Origin: an uncultured Candidatus Saccharibacteria bacterium
GTDB taxonomy: Bacteria > Patescibacteriota > Minisyncoccia > Sungbacterales > SURF-37
DNA length: 64,000 bases
Assembly (NCBI GenBank): GCA_964363965.1
Contig: CAYIKH010000001.1
Coordinates: 727 to 64,726 of the forward strand
Reading direction: 5' to 3'
The position numbers and the translations under genes were made by a program. Numbering within the stretch: position 1 is the stretch's first letter; the number at the start of each line of letters is the position of its first letter. The notes below the pieces were generated by a model. That model saw only the letters and a program-made list of their open reading frames with translations, searched no databases and was not told the DNA's origin. Positions 1 through 8,787 of this stretch are shown in pieces.

Positions 1-732
1 GCCATATATATCAACGATGTCTTTTTCCATAAGATCTGCCGGTTTTCCGTCAAAAATGATTTCTCCCCCCTTTAATCCGACTATTCTTGACCCGTATGTT
101 TTGGCAAAATCAAGAAAGTGCAAACATGAGATTAACGTTATTTTTTTTTCCGCACATATGTTTTTCAATAAATCCATTATTTCCTTCATCAATTTCGGGT
201 CTAAATTAGAAACGGGTTCGTCGGCAAGAATAATATCCGGTTTCTGCGATAAGGCCCGGGCAATAGCCACTCTTTGTTTTTCTCCTCCGCTTAATTCGGC
301 TACTCTTTTTTTCTCATAATGTTCCAAACCAACAGTTTTAATATTGTCTCGGACTATAAGATAATCCTCTTCAGAAAATCTTCCCAACAATGTATCAAAA
401 CTACTGTGATATCTCAATCTGCCGTTCATAACATTTTTAAAAACGCTCTCCCTGTCAATAAGGTTAAAATGCTGGAAAATCATTCCGATTTTTCCCCTTA
501 TTCTATGAACTTCTTTCGGGCCGGCTTTCAGAATATTATCATTATCAATGAAAATATTTCCTAACGACGGTTCTATCAATCTGTTTATAGATCTCAACAA
601 CGTTGTTTTGCCCGACCCACTCGAACCCACCAATATCAAACTCTCGCCCCTGCCAATGCGAAGTGTGATATTTTTTATGGCTTTCTTTTCGCTGTTTTTG
701 TATTGGTGGGTTAAATTTTCTATTTTTATCAC
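1..732 (-). CDS. phnC: Phosphonate ABC transporter ATP-binding protein, C-terminus cut by window edge
   Basis: Minus-strand translation reads VIKIENLTHQ...GESLILVGSSGSGKTTLL (Walker A)...LSGGEKQRVAIARAL (ABC signature)...ILADEP (Walker B). GTG start at 732 overlaps the phnD stop. The + strand ORFs in the track here are shadows. Confidence 0.8.
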   Translation of the reverse strand, partial: MIKIENLTHQYKNSEKKAIKNITLRIGRGESLILVGSSGSGKTTLLRSINRLIEPSLGNIFIDNDNILKAGPKEVHRIRGKIGMIFQHFNLIDRESVFKNVMNGRLRYHSSFDTLLGRFSEEDYLIVRDNIKTVGLEHYEKKRVAELSGGEKQRVAIARALSQKPDIILADEPVSNLDPKLMKEIMDLLKNICAEKKITLISCLHFLDFAKTYGSRIVGLKGGEIIFDGKPADLMEKDIVDIYG

Positions 733-733
733 T

Positions 734-1642
734 TTATTTTGCGCTTTTGGCGCTGGTAACATCCATACCCAATGCCTTTGCCGTTTGCCTAATAATATCG
801 TAATCGCTATCAGACACTTTTTGATATTTTGCGATATCTCCCCATCCACTAACTTTAAGAATTGTCTGTTCGTCCATTCCAATTAGAGCGTTCTGAATAG
901 ATTGCTTTAATGCTTCTGGTAAATCGCCTCTTACCGCAATAGGAGAGCCTGGAATCGGGTTGGAGGTGTATATAATTTTATTAACCAGCGGGTCTATTTC
1001 TCCCGCTTTTACCATTCTGTTATATGAACTGTCGCTGTCGGCGCCCGCGTCTACTTTTCTGTTGGCAATTGAATACTCTACTGCATTATGAGTTCCGGCG
1101 TAATATGTCACGCTAAAATCTTTATCTGGATTTATTCCGTTTTCTATTAATATTTTTCTTGGGATAAGGTTGCCTGAAGTGGAAGCCGGATCAACAAAAG
1201 CAAATTTCTTGCCCTTTAAATCTTGTAAGGTTTTTATCCCGCTATCCGCCCTTACGACAATAATTGAATGATAATCTGATTTTCCATCGCTTCTTCTTAT
1301 GCCGTTGACAATAGCCTCTGCGTTTGCAACGTTTGCGGCAATAATATAAGAAAACGGGCCAAACCAAGCCATGTCTATATGCTTGGCCCTCATTGCCTCA
1401 ATCGCGGCTGTATAATCTGAAGTTACCTGTATTTCAACCGGAATACCCAATTTTTCTGACAAGTAATCCCTTACCGGCTCATAGTTTCTCAACATTTCTT
1501 CTGCATCGTCTGCCGGGATAAGTCCCATTTTCAAAACTTGAATTTTTTCTTGGCTGCCCTCGCTTTTATTGCCGGTTTGCACTTGCCAGGCAATAAAAAT
1601 TATAACGAAAAGAGTAGTTAATCCTAGTATTATTTTTTTCAT
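734..1642 (-). CDS. phnD: Phosphonate/phosphite ABC transporter periplasmic substrate-binding protein
   Basis: 302 aa with an N-terminal signal/TM segment. PhnD-family hallmarks are present (KMGLIP, DMAWFGPFSY, ASTSGNLIPR). It lies directly upstream of phnC in the same orientation. Confidence 0.85.
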   Translation of the reverse strand: MKKIILGLTTLFVIIFIAWQVQTGNKSEGSQEKIQVLKMGLIPADDAEEMLRNYEPVRDYLSEKLGIPVEIQVTSDYTAAIEAMRAKHIDMAWFGPFSYIIAANVANAEAIVNGIRRSDGKSDYHSIIVVRADSGIKTLQDLKGKKFAFVDPASTSGNLIPRKILIENGINPDKDFSVTYYAGTHNAVEYSIANRKVDAGADSDSSYNRMVKAGEIDPLVNKIIYTSNPIPGSPIAVRGDLPEALKQSIQNALIGMDEQTILKVSGWGDIAKYQKVSDSDYDIIRQTAKALGMDVTSAKSAK

Positions 1643-1856
1643 ATTTTATATTTTAGTTAATCACTAATTCTATTCTTTTAAAATTTTCAAGATATTTTAT
1701 AAATCGCTCACTTAGCGTTCTTTTCGCCCACCAAAATAACATTTTTTGTCCTTACGATACAATCTCCGCCTTTAGTCCGCATATTATAAACTTCTTTATT
1801 TGCGGCCCGAATCTTCCAGAAATTTTGGTTATTATCAGAATTGTTCATACGTGTGC
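1643..1856 (-). promoter_or_regulatory. AT-rich intergenic region upstream of phnD-phnC, likely promoter
   Basis: A 214-bp, very AT-rich non-coding stretch sits between the phnD start and the upstream gene end. No specific boxes were verified. Confidence 0.3.
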
Positions 1857-2669
1857 CTACAATGGTCTATAAATATTCAAGCCTCGGCGAGCGCGAATCA
1901 AAGTTTGGATGCACTCAAATATGAAATGAATAAAAGATGCAACCCAACGAATAAGCAAGAAAACGCTCATAATGTTAAAAATCGCGAAAAGCATGATACC
2001 GCCGAGCATAAAGTAGGCCTCTCTCCTAAGAAAAAAAACTGTATAATTGGCGAAACGTTGTAAAGCCTTTGGCTGGTCATAGTCAGGAGATCGCGAATTT
2101 ACCGATGTCGGCTTTATGCCTGTCTTAATGCTCTCGACCTCCAGTAATGCTGCGTGGAGACGATATGACAAAATCGCCTGAAAAGAAATCACAAGCGACG
2201 CAGTAGCGCCAATAATAAGAATGAGGCCATGAGGCACTTGATTATTTAAAGAAATGAGCAAATAATCCGCCCGCATATACAATCCAATCGAAACCGCTAA
2301 GGGAATGATTGCCTTAATAACCGTATCTGTTACATCCTCCAAAAATTTACCAAAGTGACTCGTCTCCTTGCGAAACCTGGCAATATTGCCGTCAACAAAA
2401 TCTAGAAGAGCGCTGAAAAAAAGCACAACACTTCCCGCGACCATCAAAGCATATCCCCCCACGGCCAAAAGAAAAAATCCGATTATTGCAATTAGAAATC
2501 TAAGCAAGGTTACGCCGTTGGCGGAAAAGCCCAGCCGCACGAAGGGAACCGCCAAATAAAAAGAAAGCGGCCGGTACACAAAACGTGAGACGGAAATTTT
2601 TCTGTCTATGCTCTCTTTAAGCCCATAGGCTTCCCTCAACTGACTAATAATCGAATTATTACGATTCAT
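1857..2669 (-). CDS. CDP-alcohol phosphatidyltransferase family membrane protein
   Basis: 270 aa polytopic protein carrying the D-x2-DG-x2-AR...G-x3-D-x3-D motif (DFVDGNIAR...GKFLEDVTD). Confidence 0.75.
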   Translation of the reverse strand: MNRNNSIISQLREAYGLKESIDRKISVSRFVYRPLSFYLAVPFVRLGFSANGVTLLRFLIAIIGFFLLAVGGYALMVAGSVVLFFSALLDFVDGNIARFRKETSHFGKFLEDVTDTVIKAIIPLAVSIGLYMRADYLLISLNNQVPHGLILIIGATASLVISFQAILSYRLHAALLEVESIKTGIKPTSVNSRSPDYDQPKALQRFANYTVFFLRREAYFMLGGIMLFAIFNIMSVFLLIRWVASFIHFIFECIQTLIRARRGLNIYRPL

Positions 2670-2928
2670 TTAACGTTTTAAAACATAAAGATATTTCAAA
2701 CCATCATATCATAGTTATGTTAAATAACAAGACACGCAAATTGAGAGCGATCCGCTGAAGTGGCAGATAGAGATCGTATTGTCTCCGGCTACCGGGAGGA
2801 TGATACCATCGTCGGGCTCAGGCGTCGCGAGGTCCGCAGCCGCTGTTTTTATTTCCGGAGTTGTTATATATAGTAGAAGTGAAGTATTCGTTCAGAAACA
2901 GATTCTCACTGGGTGATGTTGTATTAAC

Positions 2929-3744
2929 ATGGATAGTCCCGAAAAACTCTTTTCGGTCAAGAACAAGGTCGTCATCATTACCGGCGGCGCAGGCATGCTG
3001 GGCATGGAGTATGCGACCGTTCTTGCTCGTGCCGGAGCGCGTGTGGTGCTCTTCGATATTGCCGATGAGCCCGTCCTCCGCGCCAAGGCCGCCGAGGTGC
3101 GTCGCCGCACCGGTCGCCGGCCCCTGGCGCTCCGCGTGGACATTACCGATGAGCGGGCGGCGAAGAATGCGGTGCGTCTGGTCATCCGGCGCTACGGGCG
3201 CGTTCACGCCCTTGTGAATAATGCGGCCATTAATCCTGAGGTGGAAGGCGGCAGCTCGCGTGCGCAGTTTTCCCCCTACGAACGCTATCCCATTGATCTC
3301 TGGCGCAAGGAGCTTGAAGTTGGGCTTACCGGCGCTTTCATCGTTACCCAGGCCGTGATTCCGGCTATGAAACGGCGGCGGGAAGGCGTCATCGTCAACA
3401 TTGGGTCCATCTACGGCGAGACCGCGCCCGACAACCGCATCTACCCGAAGGGGCAGTTTAAATCTATCGCCTATGCAACGGCGAAAGGCGCGATGCGGAA
3501 CTTCACCCGCGCGCTTGCCTCGTATTTGGCGCCGTTCCAGATCCGCGTGAACCAGCTGACGCCGGGCGGCGTCTGGGCCGGGCAGCCGCCGGCGTTCGTC
3601 AAGAAGTATTCAAGCCGCACCATGCTCGGGCGCATGGCCGAGCGCAATGATTTTAACGGCGCACTCCTCTTCCTCCTCTCCGATGCTTCGCGCTACATGA
3701 CCGGCGCCAATCTCGTGGTGGACGGCGGCTGGAGTGCGTGGTAA
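2929..3744 (+). CDS. Short-chain dehydrogenase/reductase (SDR) family oxidoreductase
   Basis: TGGAGMLG Rossmann motif, NNAAI, and the YATAKGA catalytic Y-x3-K. Confidence 0.8.
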   Translation: MDSPEKLFSVKNKVVIITGGAGMLGMEYATVLARAGARVVLFDIADEPVLRAKAAEVRRRTGRRPLALRVDITDERAAKNAVRLVIRRYGRVHALVNNAAINPEVEGGSSRAQFSPYERYPIDLWRKELEVGLTGAFIVTQAVIPAMKRRREGVIVNIGSIYGETAPDNRIYPKGQFKSIAYATAKGAMRNFTRALASYLAPFQIRVNQLTPGGVWAGQPPAFVKKYSSRTMLGRMAERNDFNGALLFLLSDASRYMTGANLVVDGGWSAW

Positions 3745-3886
3745 TACTTGTTATGTCAGAAAATTCGTCCAAAGTTCTCGGAATTGTCCCGCTGGATTTC
3801 ACCCGCGTGCCGATTCAGAAGCATTTCGTGGATTGAAGAGCGTCGGGCAATGTTCTCGGTGGTGATCCGAAGTTTCTGGCATCTCT

Positions 3887-4573
3887 ATGAAGTTTTCCTT
3901 GGTCATTCCGGCATATAATGAAGAGGAGAGTATCGGGGCGGCGGTGCGCGGTCTTCGGGATGCTCTCGGGCGCGTCGAGCATTCGTTCGAGATCATCGTG
4001 GTCAACAATGGTTCGACCGACGGGACTCCCCGCGTTCTCGAGGAGCTCCGAGCCGATGTTCCGGAGCTTGCGGTCGTGCGGGTAGACGTGAATCGCGGTT
4101 ACGGCAACGGGGTCATTGCTGGCCTCCGCGAAGCCCAAGGGGAAATTCTGGGTTGGGTGGATGCCGACAATCAGGTCGCGCCGGAAGACGTCGCGGCCGT
4201 ATATCGGGAAATCCTGCATGGGGGCGCTGATCTTGTCAAAGCCGTCCGGACGACGCGCCGTGAGTCGCGTTTCCGGAGGCTCCAGAGTGTTGTCTATAAT
4301 GCTATCTTCCGCATCCTTTTCGGCGGCAGATACCGCGATATCAACGCGAAACCGAAAATGTTTCGGCGCTCGCTTTGGGAGTCGCTCCACGTCACATCGC
4401 TTGATTTTTTCATCGATGCCGAGGTAATGATAAGGGTGATACGCGCTCGGCGTCAGATTCGGGAAGTCGAGGTATCGTGGGCGGCCCGCACCTCCGGCCG
4501 ATCGAGCGTGCAGCCGTCCGCGGCGGTCGAATTTTTGAAGAACTTGCTCCGCTATAAATTTTTTAGAGATTAA
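3887..4573 (+). CDS. GT2 glycosyltransferase, DPM1/GtrB-like polyprenyl-phosphate sugar synthase
   Basis: Begins SLVIPAYNEEESIGAAV... with a VNNGSTDGT DxD-region and a 228-aa architecture typical of Dpm1/ArnC-like enzymes. Confidence 0.75.
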   Translation: MKFSLVIPAYNEEESIGAAVRGLRDALGRVEHSFEIIVVNNGSTDGTPRVLEELRADVPELAVVRVDVNRGYGNGVIAGLREAQGEILGWVDADNQVAPEDVAAVYREILHGGADLVKAVRTTRRESRFRRLQSVVYNAIFRILFGGRYRDINAKPKMFRRSLWESLHVTSLDFFIDAEVMIRVIRARRQIREVEVSWAARTSGRSSVQPSAAVEFLKNLLRYKFFRD

Positions 4574-4578
4574 TTCGT

Positions 4579-5415
4579 ATGGAATCTCGTGCTTCCGCGT
4601 CGCTTCAGGATTCAAAGAGTGTCCATGCCGATATGCCGGTCGTGATTTTTTGCGGCGGGCGGGGCACGCGCCTCAAAGAGGAAACGGGCGCGATCCCGAA
4701 GCCCCTCGTGAAAATCGGCACGCATCCGATCCTGTGGCACATTATGAAGGGTTACCACGCCCAGGGATTCCGGAAGTTCGTGCTCTTAGTCGGGTATCTC
4801 GGTGAGAAGATAAAAGAGTATTTCTATACGTATCCGGTTTATCATGGCAGTTTCACGATCCGACCCGGTGCGAACGGGCCCAGGATCGATTACCATGACG
4901 TCCCGCCCGAAGACTGGGAGGTCACAGTGCTTGATACCGGCATTGACGTCGAAACCGGCGGACGGCTCCAGCGCGCGAAATCACATCTTGGGCAAGGGAG
5001 ATTTCTGCTCACCTACGGGGACGGCGTTGCCGATGTGAACGTAGAGGAGCTCATCCGGTTCCATGACACTCACCGTCCGGTCGTGACCATCACCGGGGTT
5101 CATCCGCCGAGCCGTTTCGGAGCCCTGGAGATGGATGGTCCGCTCGCCAAAACGTTTTTCGAAAAGCCGAGCACCCAGTCTTCCTACATCAACGGAGGTT
5201 TTTTCGTTGTGGAGCCGTCAATATTCATGTTTCTTTCCGATGACCCAAAACTGAATTTCGAGAAAGACGTTTTGCGCAAGCTCGCGCGCGAGTCAAACCT
5301 CGCGGTCTATCCCCATCACGGCTATTGGCAGTGCATGGATACCATTCGCGACGTCGAGTTCTTGAACGAGGAATGGGCCAAGAACCAAGCGCCCTGGAAA
5401 GTATGGAACGACTAA
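4579..5415 (+). CDS. rfbF: Glucose-1-phosphate cytidylyltransferase
   Basis: VIFCGGRGTRLKEETGAIPKPLV and GYHAQGF are RfbF signatures. The true start may be the ATG at 4633 (MPVVIF...). Confidence 0.8.
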   Translation: MESRASASLQDSKSVHADMPVVIFCGGRGTRLKEETGAIPKPLVKIGTHPILWHIMKGYHAQGFRKFVLLVGYLGEKIKEYFYTYPVYHGSFTIRPGANGPRIDYHDVPPEDWEVTVLDTGIDVETGGRLQRAKSHLGQGRFLLTYGDGVADVNVEELIRFHDTHRPVVTITGVHPPSRFGALEMDGPLAKTFFEKPSTQSSYINGGFFVVEPSIFMFLSDDPKLNFEKDVLRKLARESNLAVYPHHGYWQCMDTIRDVEFLNEEWAKNQAPWKVWND

Positions 5416-6410
5416 CACGCCACGCCGCCACCCCAAGGGGTGGTTTCTGGAGCAAGCGCCGAGTGCTGGTCACCGGCGGCGCGGGGTTCATTGGTTTTAA
5501 GCTCGCTTGTCATCTTCGCGATAGGGGAGCCGAGGTTACGCTCCTTGACATTAAAAAAGCATTGCCGAGCTTTGCCAACCCCGTCGACAAACGTACGTTC
5601 GTATATGTGCGCGGCAGCGTGACATCCCGGAAAACGGTTGCATCACTTCTTAAGCGCCGCAACGTCCAGACCGTATTCCATCTTGCCGCGGAGGCGATCG
5701 TGGGCCGGGCACTCCGCGATCCCGCGGCGGCGCTTGAAGCGAATGTCCGCGGCACGTGGGTGCTCCTCGAATGCGTGCGTCAAAATCCGAACGTGGCCGA
5801 GGTCGTTGTCGCGTCTTCAGACAAGGCGTACGGATCTCATGCGCGCCTTCCGTACCGCGAAGATGCCAAACTCGCCGGGCTGAATCCGTATGACTGCTCA
5901 AAAAGCTCGGCTGACCTCATTGCGCAAATGTATGCGCGTACCTATGCGTTGCCGGTTGCCGTTGCCCGGTGCGGGAACGTCTACGGCGGAGGGGACCTCA
6001 ACTGGAGTCGCCTTGTTCCCGATGCCCTCCGATCGCTCGCGAGCGGCACGCCGCTTCAGTTGAGGAGTGACGGCACGCATACACGGGATTACGTGTACGT
6101 GGATGATGTTCTCGACGGCTACCGCGTCCTAGCCGAGAATATTCGCCGGAAAAAACTCTCCGGCGAAGCGTTTAACTTCGGAACGAATGAACCGCTTTCG
6201 GTGCGCGATGTTTTGGGCCTAATCGCCCGCGCCGCGGGCCGAATGGTGCCCTCGAGAATCGCGAACACGCCCTCGCGCGAAATTCGTTCGCAGTATTTGG
6301 ATTGGAGTAAGGCTCGGCGCGTTCTGGGTTGGCGCCCGAATGTGCGGCGAACAATCGGTTTCAAGAAAACTGCCGACTGGTACACGGATTTTTTCAGCCG
6401 GCCAACATGA
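5403..6410 (+). CDS. rfbG: CDP-glucose 4,6-dehydratase
   Basis: FWSKRRVLVTGGAGFIGFKL, DKAYG and YDCSKSSADLI (Y-x3-K) are present. The start was chosen at MERLTR, so the full ORF frame extends further upstream; the gene overlaps the rfbF end. Confidence 0.75.
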   Translation: MERLTRHAATPRGGFWSKRRVLVTGGAGFIGFKLACHLRDRGAEVTLLDIKKALPSFANPVDKRTFVYVRGSVTSRKTVASLLKRRNVQTVFHLAAEAIVGRALRDPAAALEANVRGTWVLLECVRQNPNVAEVVVASSDKAYGSHARLPYREDAKLAGLNPYDCSKSSADLIAQMYARTYALPVAVARCGNVYGGGDLNWSRLVPDALRSLASGTPLQLRSDGTHTRDYVYVDDVLDGYRVLAENIRRKKLSGEAFNFGTNEPLSVRDVLGLIARAAGRMVPSRIANTPSREIRSQYLDWSKARRVLGWRPNVRRTIGFKKTADWYTDFFSRPT

Positions 6411-7690
6411 TGAATCTTGAATATCCCAAACACCACTTGGTGAACGTCGGGCATATACCCAATTGCCAAATATGCAATTCCGCGAAACTCCACACGGTCT
6501 TAGACCTCGGGCACCAGCCGTTATGCGACACGTTGCTCACCGACGCGATGCTTAACGAACCCGAGAAAACGTATCCGCTGCGGATGATGTGGTGCGAAGA
6601 GTGCACCGGCGCTCAAATTGATTACTGCGTTGACGGGAGTGAAGTGTACTATCCGGGTTATCCCTATAAGAGCGGTGTTACGAAGGAGCTCGTCGAGTAT
6701 CAAGTAAACATCGCGCGCGGTCTCGTGGGAAAATATGGATTAAAAGCTGGCGATCTCGTCGTTGATGTCGGTTCGAACGACGGAACGTTGCTCAGCGGGT
6801 TCACGGGTACGGGCATTCGGACGCTCGGAGTCGAGCCAACCAATATCGCGAAGATGGCCAAAGCCAGCGGCATCGAAACTGTGCAGTCCTTTTTCGACAT
6901 CAAGACGTCGCAGGCGATCAAGGAGCAATACGGTTCGGCCTCCGTAGTTATCACGACAAATACATTCGCCCACATGCGCACGATCGGAGAGTTCATCATG
7001 GGGGCCTATAATCTCCTGAACGATGACGGCGTATTCATGTCCGAAACCCATTATCTATTGGACGTCGTTCGGGGAGGGCAATTCGACACGATATATCACG
7101 AACATTTGCGGACGTACTCGCTCGCGTCCTTGATTCGATTGTTCGATCAGTATGATTTTACCCTGACCGATGCGGAACGGGGGGAGAGATACGGCGGCAA
7201 TATTCGCGTGTATGTTGCGAAGGGGAAGGGGAGGCCCGTCTCCCCGGCAGTCGCGGCGTTATTGCAACTGGAACAATCATCCGGGCTTGGAGAATATAAA
7301 ACGTATGCGGCATTTGCCGAGCGCGTGAAAAAAGCGCGCCTCGAATTCATGGATTTTCTCATTCATGCTAAAAAGGCCGCGAAGTCCATTGTCGGGAACT
7401 CGTGCCCGGGGCGATCCGTGACGCTTCTCAATTACTACGGGGTAGATCCGGAATTGCTGCCGTACGTCGCCGAACAGCCCGCTTCTTTGAAGTTGGGCAT
7501 GTACGTGCCGGGCACGCATCAGCCGGTGGTCGCGAACCAGCGGCTCATTGACGAGCAGCCGGATTTTGTCGTGCTGTTGGCGTGGCACTACGCAGAACCC
7601 ATTATGGAGCAATTGAAAGCTCGGGGACTGAAGTCGGATTTCATCATTCCGCTGCCCGATTTTCGAATCGTGAAAAATTCCGAGGTGTGA
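6407..7690 (+). CDS. NDP-hexose C-methyltransferase (TylC3/Methyltransf_13+14 type), CDP-pathway associated
   Basis: An N-terminal Cys-rich Zn motif (CQICNS...CDTLL...CEEC) precedes the SAM fold (VVDVGSNDGTLL) and a C-methyltransferase C-terminal domain. Its ATGA overlaps the rfbG stop. Confidence 0.7.
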   Translation: MMNLEYPKHHLVNVGHIPNCQICNSAKLHTVLDLGHQPLCDTLLTDAMLNEPEKTYPLRMMWCEECTGAQIDYCVDGSEVYYPGYPYKSGVTKELVEYQVNIARGLVGKYGLKAGDLVVDVGSNDGTLLSGFTGTGIRTLGVEPTNIAKMAKASGIETVQSFFDIKTSQAIKEQYGSASVVITTNTFAHMRTIGEFIMGAYNLLNDDGVFMSETHYLLDVVRGGQFDTIYHEHLRTYSLASLIRLFDQYDFTLTDAERGERYGGNIRVYVAKGKGRPVSPAVAALLQLEQSSGLGEYKTYAAFAERVKKARLEFMDFLIHAKKAAKSIVGNSCPGRSVTLLNYYGVDPELLPYVAEQPASLKLGMYVPGTHQPVVANQRLIDEQPDFVVLLAWHYAEPIMEQLKARGLKSDFIIPLPDFRIVKNSEV

Positions 7691-7720
7691 GCTGACGGCG
7701 CTTACCAGCGCCTCCTCGAC

Positions 7721-8647
7721 ATGGCCCAGTTAAAAATCGCAATTCTCGGAGCGAGCGGCATCGGAAGATTTCATTTCAGAGAGTTTGCGCGCGCGGGAGT
7801 CAAAGTCACCGCCATTCTCGGAAGCAGTTACGAAACCGCCGAGAGGACTGCCGTCATGCTCTCTTCGGAATTCGGCCTGCGTCCGAAAGCGTATTCGGAA
7901 TTGGGCGTCCTTATTGAAGCCGAGCGCCCGGATGCCGCGAGCGTTTGCACTCCTCCCGAACTTCACTATGACCAGGTAAAGATGTGCCTCGCGGCGGGAT
8001 TGCATGTTCTTTGCGAAAAGCCGTTTGTCCTTAACTCCGATGGCGATGCGAGCGGTCTCGCGACCGAGCTCGTTCGGTTGGCGAAGAAACGGGGGCGAGT
8101 CATTACGGTGAACACCCAATGGCCTTCCGTTTTACGGTACGTACAGCCGTTCGTTGATGTTTCCAAAATCCGGGACTTTTTCATGTATACCCAGCCGGGC
8201 GTCCGGGGGGCAGGCATATTGAGGGATCACCCGCCGCATGCGAACAGTATGCTGGTAAAACTCGTTCCGGATGGACGAGCGGAAGACATAGAATTTCTGG
8301 TATCTTCTCCAGAAGAGATGGATGTCAATTTCGAATATCGCGCGCGCGGCTCACGTTGCGCCGTCCGCTACAAATTCAAATTCAAAGCCGCGAGGCCCCG
8401 CGATCTTGAATTTTCCATCAACGGGGTTGCGTTCAAGCGGCATATCGGGGAAGGCTATAGCCAGAAACTCGTTACGGGTAAAACGGAAATTGATATCGAG
8501 GATCCGTTCAAAACTTCGATTGGAATGTTCGTTGGCGCCATCGAGGGGAGGAGTTCGCCATTGATCAGCACGCAAGAGATAATTGAAAATGTGCGGCTGC
8601 AGGACAGAATCATCAAGGCGTATGTAGCGGAAAAGGGCAAGCAGTAA
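7721..8647 (+). CDS. Gfo/Idh/MocA family NAD(P)-dependent oxidoreductase (candidate sugar 4-ketoreductase)
   Basis: The N-terminal Rossmann motif IAILGASGIGRFH is followed by LHVLCEKP. Confidence 0.75.
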   Translation: MAQLKIAILGASGIGRFHFREFARAGVKVTAILGSSYETAERTAVMLSSEFGLRPKAYSELGVLIEAERPDAASVCTPPELHYDQVKMCLAAGLHVLCEKPFVLNSDGDASGLATELVRLAKKRGRVITVNTQWPSVLRYVQPFVDVSKIRDFFMYTQPGVRGAGILRDHPPHANSMLVKLVPDGRAEDIEFLVSSPEEMDVNFEYRARGSRCAVRYKFKFKAARPRDLEFSINGVAFKRHIGEGYSQKLVTGKTEIDIEDPFKTSIGMFVGAIEGRSSPLISTQEIIENVRLQDRIIKAYVAEKGKQ

Positions 8648-8787
8648 CGTTTATCGTTTGGGAGCCGGGCGGTGAGTTCGAGGAGATCGCCCACTGACCT
8701 TCGTGAAAGAATCAACATCATCATGGTTAGGTACGACATTCCAACATTCTTGATAATGTGAGAATATCGCTTCATTAAAGTACGAAG

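Noticed and set aside
17-886. Three + strand ORFs (17-319, 319-564, 548-886) at the left edge.
   Set aside because: The minus-strand translation of the same region is a clear phnC ABC ATPase with Walker A/B and signature motifs. The + strand ORFs are shadows.
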